DNA of 60,886 nt, the filler included, from Sphaerodactylus townsendi (taxonomy: Eukaryota): the NCBI RefSeq assembly GCF_021028975.2. It is 5 parts of 4 records of this genome, joined end to end, with 100 filler letters (N's around TTAATTAATTAA, not from the genome) between each part and the next. Parts side by side here need not be neighbours in the genome. Positions count along the whole stretch, not along the records: positions 31,298 to 51,119 come from NC_059426.1; positions 51,220 to 60,886 come from NC_059429.1; 3 more parts are not named here. One strand, given 5' to 3'. Below, piece after piece: positions 50,539-60,504 of this stretch. Each line of letters opens with the position of its first letter. The first letter of the stretch is position 1. The translations under genes and the position numbers were made by a program. Below the pieces are notes generated by a model. The model saw only the letters and a program-made list of their open reading frames with translations. It did not search any database and was not told where the DNA came from.

Positions 50539-51119
50539 AAGAACATAAGAACGAGCCTGCTGGATCAGACCAGAGTCCATCTAGTCCAGCTCTCTGCTAC
50601 TCGCAGTGGCCCACCAGGTGCCTTGGGGAGCTCACAGGCAGGAGGTGAAAGCAAGGGCCTTCTGCTGCTGCTGCTGCTGCTCCCGAGCATCTGGTCTGCT
50701 AAGGCATTTAAGAACATAAGAACGAGCCTGCTGATCAGACCAGAGTCCATCTAGTCCAGCTCTCTGCTACTCGCAGTGGCCCACCAGGTGCCTTGGGGAG
50801 CTCACAGGCAGGAGGTGAAAGCAAGGGCCTTCTGCTGCTGCTGCTGCTGCTCCCGAGCATCTGGTCTGCTAAGGCATTTAAGAACATAAGAACGAGCCTG
50901 CTGATCAGACCAGAGTCCATCTAGTCCAGCACTCTGCTACTCGCAGTGGCCCACTGGGTGCCTTTCGGAGCTCACGTGCAGGAGGTGAAAGCAAGGGCCT
51001 TCTGCTGCTGCTGCTCCTGAGCACCTGGTCTGCTAAGGCATTTAAGAACATAAGAACGAGCCTGCTGGATCAGACCAGAGTCCATCTAGTCCAGCACTCT
51101 GCTACTCGCAGTGGCCCAC
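50539..51119 (-). repeat. tandem array of CR1 3' UTR tails, ~170-bp unit, at least 3.4 copies
   Basis: Units restart with AAGAACATAAGAAC at 50539, 50710, 50880 and 51044. Confidence 0.9.
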
Positions 51120-51219
51120 NNNNNNNNNNNNNNNNNNNNNNNNNNNNNNNNNNNNNNNNNNNNTTAATTAATTAANNNNNNNNNNNNNNNNNNNNNNNNN
51201 NNNNNNNNNNNNNNNNNNN
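51120..51219. other. artificial scaffold linker
   Basis: N44-TTAATTAATTAA-N44. Confidence 0.95.
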
Positions 51220-51456
51220 CCAAACCCCCCCCCCCCCACACCCCNNNNNNNNNNNNNNNNNNNNNNNNNNNNNNNNNNNNNNNNNNNNNNNNNNNNNNNN
51301 NNNNNNNNNNNNNNNNNNNNNNNNNNNNNNNNNNNNNNNNNNNNNNNNNNNNNNNNNNNNNNNNNNNNNNNNNNNNNNNNNNNNNNNNNNNNNNNNNNNN
51401 NNCCCCCCCCCCCCGGCGCCCTCCCCCCCCCCACCCCCCCCCCCCCCCCCCCCCCC

Positions 51457-51499
51457 ATGAAGAGCATCACGTGGTCCTGGAACGTCCGCATCAGGAGGG
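51457..51499 (-). CDS. DDX27: DDX27 exon 12, truncated by a poly-C artefact and gap
   Basis: ALLMRTFQDHVMLF after a CAG acceptor. Confidence 0.85.
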
Positions 51500-51584
51500 C
51501 TGCAGGAAGGAGGCAGGACGTCAGGCAGGAGACAGGAGCCGCCACCCCCAAGGCCCCTCCCCCAGCCCCTCCACAAATTCCCAC

Positions 51585-51726
51585 CAGCAACTATGGCCTC
51601 CCGGTCCCCTTCGCGATTGGGCCGGATCCGGACAAACTCCTGGCGCAGAAACGGAGCCACGTCTGTGTTGCTGTTCACAAAGATCCGGACTGGGTTCTTC
51701 AGGGAGACGGAGGCCAAGTCCTTCAC
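51585..51726 (-). CDS. DDX27: DDX27 exon 11
   Basis: [47 protein letters not shown]. Confidence 0.95.
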
Positions 51727-51937
51727 CTGCCCAAGTGGGAGAAAGCGCTTCATGGCTGCCCCACGAGAGACGGCAGCACACCCCTCCCCGCCGGAAGAGC
51801 CAGGGAGACACGAGAGAGGAGCAGAGAGAGGGAACCCGCTCCTCTGCGTTCCACACGAACTCAGCTGTGGCCCCACTTGACGTGGTCCACAGTGCCCTGC
51901 CACGCGTGGCACGCCCACCCCCAGCCTCCCACCATAC

Positions 51938-52037
51938 CTCCTCCGACATGGTGGCAGAAAAGAGCATGGTTTGGCGATGCCGCGCACAGAGCCGAATGAT
52001 TTCCTTCATCTGCTCCTCAAAGTATTCATCCAGCATC
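51938..52037 (-). CDS. DDX27: DDX27 exon 10 (motif III, SAT)
   Basis: [33 protein letters not shown]. Confidence 0.95.
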
Positions 52038-52168
52038 CTGGAGGACGGGGGTGGGGGGGTGAGGGAAAGAATGGTGAGCAAACCGAGAGCTTCCCCCCCC
52101 CCCAGAGCCTCCAGGGCCAAGGCAGAGCAGCCCCTCCCTCCTCCTGTCACCAGCCCGGCCCTCCTCAC

Positions 52169-52319
52169 CGGTCAGCCTCGTCCAGGATGAGGACCTCGAT
52201 GCTGCTCAGGTGAAAGGAGGGGCAGTTGTGCAGGTGGTCGATCAGGCGCCCAGGAGTGGCAATCAGGATGTCGGGGCCTGCCCGCAGGGCCGCCTCCTGG
52301 CTCTTGATGTCCAGACCAC
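52169..52319 (-). CDS. DDX27: DDX27 exon 9 (TPGR and DEAD motifs)
   Basis: [50 protein letters not shown]. Confidence 0.95.
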
Positions 52320-52423
52320 CTGCGAGAGCACACACCGGCGGTCACCAGAGGCCAGGACGAGCACAACGGCTGCCCCAGCAAGACAGCCCAACGGCCCACC
52401 CCTCCAGCACCCAGTGTGCTCAC

Positions 52424-52597
52424 CCACTGCCAAGCAGGTGGTGATGCTGCTGAACTGTGCCAGCTGCCTGGCGACCGAGTGCACCTGGATGCCCAGCTCT
52501 CGGGTTGGCACGAGGACCAGAACGCGCGTCACGGGGGCCTGCCGGGGCTTGTAGATCAAGCGCTCTAAGACCGGCAGGATGAAGGCCGCCGTCTTCC
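52424..52597 (-). CDS. DDX27: DDX27 exon 8 (GKT, PTRELG)
   Basis: [59 protein letters not shown]. Confidence 0.95.
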
Positions 52598-52702
52598 CTG
52601 GAAGAGACGTGCCAAGAATCCCATGAAGCCCCTGCCCGGGCAATCACCGGGGGGGAGGGGGGCACGGGGTCAAGCCCCACTCCCCCCAGTCGCAGCACTC
52701 AC

Positions 52703-52808
52703 CTGTCCCAGTAGCCGCACAGGCACAGACGTCCTTCCCCAGCAGGCCCACCGGGATGCAGGCCTTCTGGATGGGCGTCGGCTGCTTGAAGCCCAGGGCC
52801 GTGATGGC
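52703..52808 (-). CDS. DDX27: DDX27 exon 7 (Q motif)
   Basis: AITALGFKQPTPIQKACIPVGLLGKDVCACAATGT. Confidence 0.95.
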
Positions 52809-54148
52809 CTGCAGTTAGGAGATGGTCAGCTGGAACAATCGCCCAACACGGCCGGTTCTGCCAACTGCCCCTCAGGAGGGCACAAGCGTTCTGAGGGGCT
52901 CCCCTCAAAGTCCTCCCTCCCAGCCCCCGAGACCTCACCCCCTCGGCTGAGGCTTTGCACCCGTGGCTTCTTCGGGCAGCAGGAGAAGCCTGAGCACACA
53001 AAGCCCCCCACACACACCCCCGACACACACTACTGAGCCAGGCACCCCCTCCCCAGAGGGCAGCCTGGTCTCCTCTGACCAGCAGAAGACCTCCACATCA
53101 GCTGGAGATACCATGGGGGGGGGGGACCTGGAACCATCCATGCGCCACGCAATTAACGTGCGCCTCCCTGAATGAGCGACAGCAACAGATGGCATCAGTT
53201 ACCACTTCCTGCCCGGGAGGGGGGGCGCAAAGCAGTTCACCTCAGTCTTCTCCCTGCTCCCATTTCACCCCCCAACCACCACCCCACGGCAAAGTGGGGG
53301 GTCGAACAGGAATCTGCCACTGCTGGCTCTGCCATGGGCAGGAAGCCAAGGAGAGCAGGACCCACCCCCTCCTCAGGTCAAAGGGCAGCCAGCCAGAGAT
53401 CTCCCCCAGCAGCCTTCCCAAGGCCCAGTCAGCCCCCCCCCCCTTCTCCTCAGAAGGGTTTGCAACCCCAGCAAGCCCTCTGAATCGCCAGCAATGCCGA
53501 CAAGCGTCCTGCCTTCACCCTGCCCACGCTTTGGGCCCTGCCTGCTGGGGTGGACGGAGACCCTGCTTGGCAGGTAAACTCTAAACATCCTCTACAGCAG
53601 GGCAGCGGCTGGAGGGCTGCTGCCAAGAGAGAGAGAAGGCCCAGGTCTGGCGCAACTGAAGGCGGCTTCACATGTCCCCCGTCATGCAGACAAAAGCTGC
53701 CCCACACACCCTCCCCTCCCCCGGAGCCTCCAGTAATTTCTGCCGACCGAAGGCATTTCCATCCCAACAGCTTCCTCCGTCCCACTGCAGTGCAACACAG
53801 AGTGCCCCACTGCAGGAGTAGGAACAGCATCAGGGGAAGTACAAATTGCCCCCGTCCTTTCAATGCTCTCTGTACGAGTGTGCGGCCAAGCCTCCTTGCC
53901 AGAAGACGGTGATTTCAGACCCAGGAAATCCCAGCCAGACGCTTAGAGACAATGCCCTGCGAATCCCCAATACGGCCTTTATGTTTCCGAATAGCTACAT
54001 TTTGCCAATTGGTGAGTTCACAGAATAGGGCTCTGAATTCCACCAGAAACAAACAGGCCGAGTCACAGCGTCCAGCCATGACTTCTTCATCCCCTGCCCT
54101 GCCCTGAACCTCCATCTTCAGCTTCAACGGAGAGGACTCCCAGGCTAC

Positions 54149-54238
54149 CTTCAACAGGGGGCGCGACAGGTTCATGTCTTGGAACGACAGGCTGTCGTCG
54201 TACTGCGAGGCGTCTTCGCCAAAGAACAGCTCTGCTTC
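54149..54238 (-). CDS. DDX27: DDX27 exon 6
   Basis: EAELFFGEDASQYDDSLSFQDMNLSRPLLK; an alternative in-frame acceptor 15 nt upstream would start the exon at 54253. Confidence 0.9.
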
Positions 54239-54346
54239 CTGGAAAGGGAGGTCCTGCAGACAGACAGACAGACAGGGAGACCTGTCGGATGTGCCTTTAC
54301 GAGGGGGAGGGGCTTCCCTGCTTGCCCCCGTTCGACCCTGGCTCAC

Positions 54347-54396
54347 CTCTTCACCCTGTTTGTTCCGTTTCCACGTCTCCTTCACCTTGAGAGTAT
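54347..54396 (-). CDS. DDX27: DDX27 exon 5, copy B (DTLKVKETWKRNKQGEE)
   Basis: 50 nt; TAG acceptor and GTGAG donor intact. Confidence 0.75.
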
Positions 54397-54624
54397 CTAC
54401 AAGGGAGCAGAAGCCAACCATCAGACCTGAAGGGCGCCAGACACTGGTCAAGAGCTCAGTCCAGAGTCACCCGCAGCAGGCGGAGGAAGTCCAGCGGCAC
54501 CTTCAGTCAGTGATGCACGACTCGAGCCTTCATGGACGAGAGCCCGCGCCTACGCACATGCGCCACAAAGGCCCTGCCTGACCAGCTGACTCTGAGCAGC
54601 CTGCCCTGAAATCTGAGGAGTCAG

Positions 54625-54625
54625 C

Positions 54626-54706
<81 letters not shown>
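54625..54706. repeat. (GACA)n microsatellite at the junction of the DDX27 tandem duplication
   Basis: About 20 perfect units; the other copy (~54257) has only about 4. Confidence 0.95.
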
Positions 54707-54778
54707 GGGAGACCTTTCGGATGTGCCTTTACGAGGGGGAGGGGCTTCCCTGCTTGCCCCCGTCCGACCCTGGCTCAC

Positions 54779-54828
54779 CTCTTCTCCCTGTTTGTTCCGT
54801 TTCCGCTTCTCCTTCACCTTGAGAGTAT
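54779..54828 (-). CDS. DDX27: DDX27 exon 5, copy A (DTLKVKEKRKRNKQGEE)
   Basis: 50 nt; splice sites intact; closer to the human DTLKVKDRKKKKKKG. Confidence 0.85.
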
Positions 54829-55368
54829 CTACAAGGGAGCAGAAGCCAACCATCAGATCTGAAGGGCGCCAGACACTGTTCAAGAGCTCAGTCCAGAGCC
54901 ACCCACAGCAGGCGGAGGAAGTCCAGTGGCACCTTTAGCCAGTGATGCACGACTCGAGCTTTCACGGACGAGAGCCCGCGCCTACGCACACACCCTGCCT
55001 GACCAGCTGACTGACTCGAGCAGCCTGCCCTGAAACCTGAGGAGTCAGAGTCACTTTTCAGCCTTCAGGGCCCTGCAGCATTTAACAGAACAGGTTTAAT
55101 ACATTGGCAGATGATGTTGAGTGTGGCAGCAAATACAATAGAAGACAGAATCAGGATATAAGATGATACTGGCTGGCTGGAAATCTGGGCTGCACTGAGG
55201 TAGGAAAAATCAATTGAATCATTCTAGGATGGAGGAGACATAATACATGTAAAAAGGTTCTAGGAGTCTTCGTCCAAACACCGAATGTGACTCAGCAGTG
55301 TGATGTCACAGCTAAAAAGGAATACGTGGTTTTGGGCTGCATAAACAAGTGTAGTCTCCAAATCACAT

Positions 55369-56006
55369 GAACATAAGAACATGCCAGCTGGATCAGACCA
55401 GAGTCCATCTAATCCAGCTCTCTGCTACTCACAGTGGCCCACCAGGTGCCTTTGGGAGCTCACAGGCAGGAGGTGAAAGCAATGGCCTTAAGAACATAAG
55501 AACAAGCCTGCTGGATCAGACCAGAGTCCATCTAGTCCAGCTCTCTGCTACTCGCAGTGGCCCACCAGGTGCCTTTGGGAGCTCACAGGCAGGAGGTGAA
55601 AGCAATGGCCTTAAGAACATAAGAACAAGCCTGCTGGATCAGACCAGAGTCCATCTAGTCCAGCTCTCTGCTACTTGCAGTGGCCCACCAGGTGACTTTG
55701 GGAGCTCACAGGCAGGATGTGAAAGCAATGGCCTTCTGCGGCTGTTGCTCCCGAGCACCTGGTCTGCTCAGGCATTTGCAATCTGAGATCAAGGAGGATC
55801 AAGATTGGGAGCCATAGATCGACTTCTCCTCCATAAATCTGTCCAAGCCCTTTTTAAAGCTATCCAGGTGAGTGGCCATCACCACCTCCTGTGGCAGCAT
55901 ATTCCAAACACCAATCACACGTTGAGTGAAGAAGTGTTTCCTTTTATTAGTCCTAATTCTTCCCCCAGCATTTTCAATGGATGCCCCCTGGTTCTAGTAT
56001 TGTGAG
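55369..56006 (-). mobile_element. young CR1 fragment with two extra tandem ~123-bp tail units
   Basis: Units start at ~55369, 55490 and 55613; embedded among older + strand CR1-like sequence (~55200-55365, ~56010-57165). Confidence 0.88.
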
Positions 56007-56680
56007 AGGTGTCAGATGGGAGAAAGATGTAATTCAACATCTAGGCAACAAAAATGAGAAACGTGGATATTGGATTGGGGGAGGGGGTAGAGTTTTGCAG
56101 AGCAACGTGTGTGAACATGATCTTGGGGTACAGGGGGACCCTAAGTCTAATATGAGCAGCCGGAGCGATGCAGCGACAAAAGGCTAATGGGATGAATCAA
56201 CAGTGGATAACCTCCAAACCACAAGAGGCCATAGGCCTACTGTATGCTGCACTGGTCAGGCAGTGCTTGGGAGTCCTGCGTGCGGTTCTGGAGGCCGCGC
56301 TTCCAAAAGGATGCAGACAGAATGGCCAGGGGCCAGGAGACCACCGAGGAGCCCAGGAGGAAAGGCCGAGGGGGATGTTTCGCCTGGAGAAGAGGTGGTG
56401 GTGGGGGGACACGATGGCTCTCTTTCGAGCATCTGAAGGGTTGTCACTTAGAGGAGGGCAGGGAGCTGTTCCAGTGGGCAGCAGAGGGTAGAACTCGCAG
56501 TAAAGGCTTTAAATTATGAGCAGAAAGGTACCAGTTGGATAATTGGCGGGGGTGGGGGGGTTGGGTTAGGGTAAGAGTAGTTCAGCTTTGGAAGACACAG
56601 TCTGGAGAGGTAGTGAGGTCTCCTGCACAGGCGACCTTCAAGCAGTGGCTGGAAGAGCACTTGTCAGGGATGCTCTAGGC

Positions 56681-57086
56681 CAGAGGTGGCACTGAGAGCC
56701 CTCTTTGTGGGCACACGTGCCATAGCCCCAGTTTGGGCACTTGGCATCAAGTGGGCGAGGGGTGCGCAACACACTGGGCGCGTGCCCCTACGAGAGCATG
56801 GCAAGTGCATTCCAGGGGTGTGACGGGGCGTTCCAGGGCAGGCCGGGGGCAGACGGGGGGCGTGGCAGAGGCACAGGGCGCACGCGTGCCCTGGACACAG
56901 TTTCCCCTTGCTCTGGCACTCAGTCTCTAAAAGGTTCGCCACCACTGCTCTAGGCCCGTGGTGGCGAACCTTTGGCACTCCAGATGTTATGGACTACAAT
57001 TCCCATCAGCCTCTTCCAGCATGGCCAATTGGCTGATGGGAATTGTAGTCCATAACATCTGAAGTGCCAAAGGTTCGCCACCACTG
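56681..57086. mobile_element. two stacked hAT elements (56681-56947, 56956-57086) inside a CR1 3' UTR
   Basis: TSD CTCTAGGC at 56673-56680 and 56948-56955, then TCTAGGC after 57086; the CR1 UTR resumes as TGACCCTGCAC...GACTAGATGG. Confidence 0.8.
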
Positions 57087-58475
57087 CAGTCTAGGCTGAC
57101 CCTGCACTAAGCAGGAGGTTAGACTAGATGGTCACCATGGTTCCTTCCAACTCTGTAATCCTATGAAGCCTCTGACCCTCCATTAAAAGCTAACGTCTGC
57201 ACATGAAAGTATCTTGATAGGATCTAGCTTTTTACAGTGAAAAGTTTTATTATATTTACAGTAGTATTTATTCCCTAGTATTTTGTTGATAGGACAAACT
57301 TTCACCAGGCAGATTCTCCGTGCTAAATTTCCTACCAAAGACATCACCTTGGTTTGTAGCCAGGCAGCTACACAATACGTAAATGCTCATAATTTTACAG
57401 AGAGGTACAAAGAAATCCCTTCTGAATCAAGTGGCCCAGAAGCACAAGTAACAAACTAGCACTCTAAGGAAGTCAACGTTCTTCGTTCAGAGGCTAGAGA
57501 AATCTTAATATTAACTTAATGATACCAGCGCCAATACAAGCCCGAATTCCATAATATGCGATTTAACAGAATTCTTGCTACTGCTCCTTTGCCGTGTCTG
57601 TTGTTGAGGTCTGTAGGCTGAGATCTAATGAACACCAACATCCTTGTTTTTCAAAGATGTCGTCCATTCACAGCTTTGCATGTTCTAGTCACCCTCCTAC
57701 TGGTCTGTACATTCATCCAAAAATGTTTGTTACAAAGCATGCTGCTACTGCTTTGGAATTGAAAAACACAGATGTCTTATAAATAAAATGGCAGAAAACT
57801 CCATAAAAAAGTAATACATCTGTGATGGAAAATAGTTAGCTGAACTATGTATTAGCTAGACACATGTGATATTTTGCAAACAGTAGTATTAGGAAGCTGA
57901 AGTATGTGAACATGGAGTTTACAAACTTCATCTCAAAAAGGGGCGTGTCATGGAAGATGCTATTGATACAGTAAAGGGAAGTCACATATGACTGTGAAAA
58001 GCATCTTTGCCTTTTGATCTCCTGGAGGGAGGACAGGAAACTATGCACAGGTTCTAAGATGGAACTTCAAAGGCCTAAGTTACCTCGTGGCCTGAACAGA
58101 GTTTTCCTGAGAAGGGGAAAACAAAGGTTTTGGAATTCCATCTTGAGACGTGGTCAGGGAAGCATCTCTGGGCCATGGGTTCCTGGAATGCGGACCAAGA
58201 ACCAAAAGGATTGTAACCAGTTGAGCAATCTCTTACTGCATTTATGTTTTATTTCTTTGTTTTGAACTTTTACAATAAATTGTTGAGACCTCAGCTGGCT
58301 GGAGTTATTGGAGAAAAGAACCCAGGTTTTACTGAAACAAGCATTGGCTCTCCCAGGCTTGCTTTCATGATAACATCTGACCAAAGAGAGTGTGTGAAGA
58401 TCACCTTATGCCAGGCTCACCAGATGCACGCTCACTCTTGGCTTCCCTTCCACCCCAGTATTTAGCCTGAGTTAC

Positions 58476-58614
58476 CTGCTCCTGAGAAGATGCTCTCATC
58501 TGCATAGGAGTCGTCTTCCTCCTCCTCCTCCTCACTATCTTCAGGGCATGTCTTATCCACGGCTTCATGTGGACCCTCTTCCGCATCTGCTGTTCCTTGT
58601 TTGTTCTCCTTCTC
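58476..58614 (-). CDS. DDX27: DDX27 exon 4 (acidic)
   Basis: EKENKQGTADAEEGPHEAVDKTCPEDSEEEEEDDSYADESIFSGA; phase 0 to 1, which fits exons 3 and 5. Confidence 0.85.
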
Positions 58615-59776
58615 CTAGAGCAGAGACCGCAGGTGGCACCAGGGACATCAGAATTGTCAGAAGAGACAGCTTTGTACTGTCAAAGGTTTTTGTGGCAAGT
58701 TGTGGGTTTTCTGTGTGGCTGTGGTCCAGTGGCTGTGGCCGCAGCCTGTCAGGATGTTGTTAGTGTGTGAACTGTCCTCACACAGCCCCAGCCTCGGGCT
58801 GCTCCGTACTCAGGCAGCTGCTTAGCCCTTCCGGGCTGCTGTGTGGCTGTGGTCCAGTAGTTTTTGCTCCTAGTGTTTCACCTGCATCCATGGCTGGCAT
58901 CTTCAGAGGAATGCCATTCTCCACTGTGCCACAGAGGGCAACACGTCTTGCCATCACATACCTCTGAAGATGCCACTCCTAACTTAACCCATCTCGGACA
59001 CGTGCATTTGTTTGGTCTGCTGCTGGCTCCTTCTTGTTTCTCTCTGTGGCACAGTGATGGGAATGACATGACTGCCAGCCACAGATGTGGGTGGAACATT
59101 TGGAGCAAACACAACCAGGCTGCAGAGCCAGGAAAACCCACAACACTCCTTTCTCTCTTTGGCTTTCTTTGCTGGGTGTTCTATACTTGTTTCCCCCCAT
59201 CTATGTGTGCATTTATTTCTCCCCCGAGATGTGTTCTGTGTAGATGTGTTTACATCTCCCATGCTCTTGGCTCAGTCTCCTGCAGCTGCCGTTTGGTTGT
59301 GGTGCCCATGACCACGCTTCAAAAATGCAAAGGTGACTGCCGGCTGAAAGGAGATTGGAGAATCCTAGTTTTAGCACATCAGGAATCACGTGCCACATTC
59401 TGCGTGAGGCTGCTGTGATACCAGACCCCTGGCGTTGTTTATTCCAAGCCCAGTCTTGTTGACTGCATCAACATATCGAACATTCAGCCCTGAGTCTCAC
59501 CAAGAAAGAGAAGAAGAACAAAGACACCGCCTCTGCTATTAGACTGTCTCGGGTGCCCTGTAATCCCCCTTCCGCTGTAGTGAACCAGCTGAGATACAAG
59601 TTTGTGAGTCTGTTTCTGGTTCCATCTAAAAGGTTTGAACTGCCTGGTGTGATGGCCAAGCCGGGATGCAAATGCCTCTCCAAATAACAAGGAAACACGG
59701 AAGTGTGCTCCCTCCCACCCAGCTCGGGACAGCGGAGAGAGGCCCCCACAAAGTCCCCCCCCCCCGCCCGCCTCAC

Positions 59777-59836
59777 CTGAGCTCTTCTGCTCCTCCGGAC
59801 CGTGGCGATCTTCTCGTCCAGGCTGGTCGCCTTCCT
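59777..59836 (-). CDS. DDX27: DDX27 exon 3
   Basis: RKATSLDEKIATVRRSRRAQ (human RAATTLDEKIEKVRKKRKTE). Confidence 0.9.
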
Positions 59837-60102
59837 CTGCCGGGGAAGAACCGAAGAGCCCCCCCCCGCCCAGGAGACGGTGAAGCAGAAGCAGCGCGCG
59901 CACCACGACATGCACGAGCATTCCCCCATGCGCGCTACTGCAGACCCCGCGCCCCCTCCTCACGTTCCCCTCCTCCCCCCGCAGCCCCAAACACGCCCAC
60001 GGGAAACCGGGGGGTTCAGCTCTAGAAGAGGAGCTGCCTCCGAGCCTCTCTGCGCTCTTGGCCGAGAGCGGCCCCGCCCCCCGCCCCCCGCCCCCCGCTC
60101 AC

Positions 60103-60281
60103 CTTGCGCTTCAGCCGGCCCAGCGCCTCGGCCCAAACCCCGCCGCCGCCGCCGCCGCCGCCCGGCCCCGCCGCTTCCTCCCGCAGCGAACACAGATCCC
60201 CAGCACCCAGTCTCCTCCTCCTCCCTCCCCTCCCCGCAGGGGCTCTCCAGCAGGCCCAGCCCGGCCCGGCCGCTGCTCCTC
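60103..60281 (-). CDS. DDX27: DDX27 exon 2 (diverged, GC-rich)
   Basis: Ends VWAEALGRLKRK|GTGAG (human SWALADVMSQLKKK); reading frame of the 5' part is uncertain. Confidence 0.7.
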
Positions 60282-60410
60282 CTGCCAAGCAGAGACCCTT
60301 GCGGCGGTCAGGCTCTACACGGCCGGAGGGGGGGGGGGAGGGGGGGTCCTGCTGCTGCTGCTGCCGCCCCCCCCCCGAAGGGTCCCCCCCCGCCCTTCCC
60401 CGCTCCCCAC

Positions 60411-60504
60411 CTGGTCGCCCCCCCCCCTCCGAGTCCGTCTCCTCCTCCTGCTCCTGCTCCTGCTCGCCCCCTCGCCGCCACGGCCAGTCCTCCGCGGGGT
60501 CCAT
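60411..60504 (-). CDS. DDX27: DDX27 exon 1 (putative)
   Basis: MDPAEDWPWRRGGEQEQEQEEETDSEGGG; acidic ETDSE resembles human ESDSGDEEEE; CAG|GTGGGG donor is phase-compatible with exon 2. Confidence 0.6.

Noticed and set aside
50539-51119. Regularly spaced repeats superficially like a CRISPR array
   Set aside because: Whole units repeat with no unique spacers; the sequence is CR1 3' UTR in a vertebrate genome.
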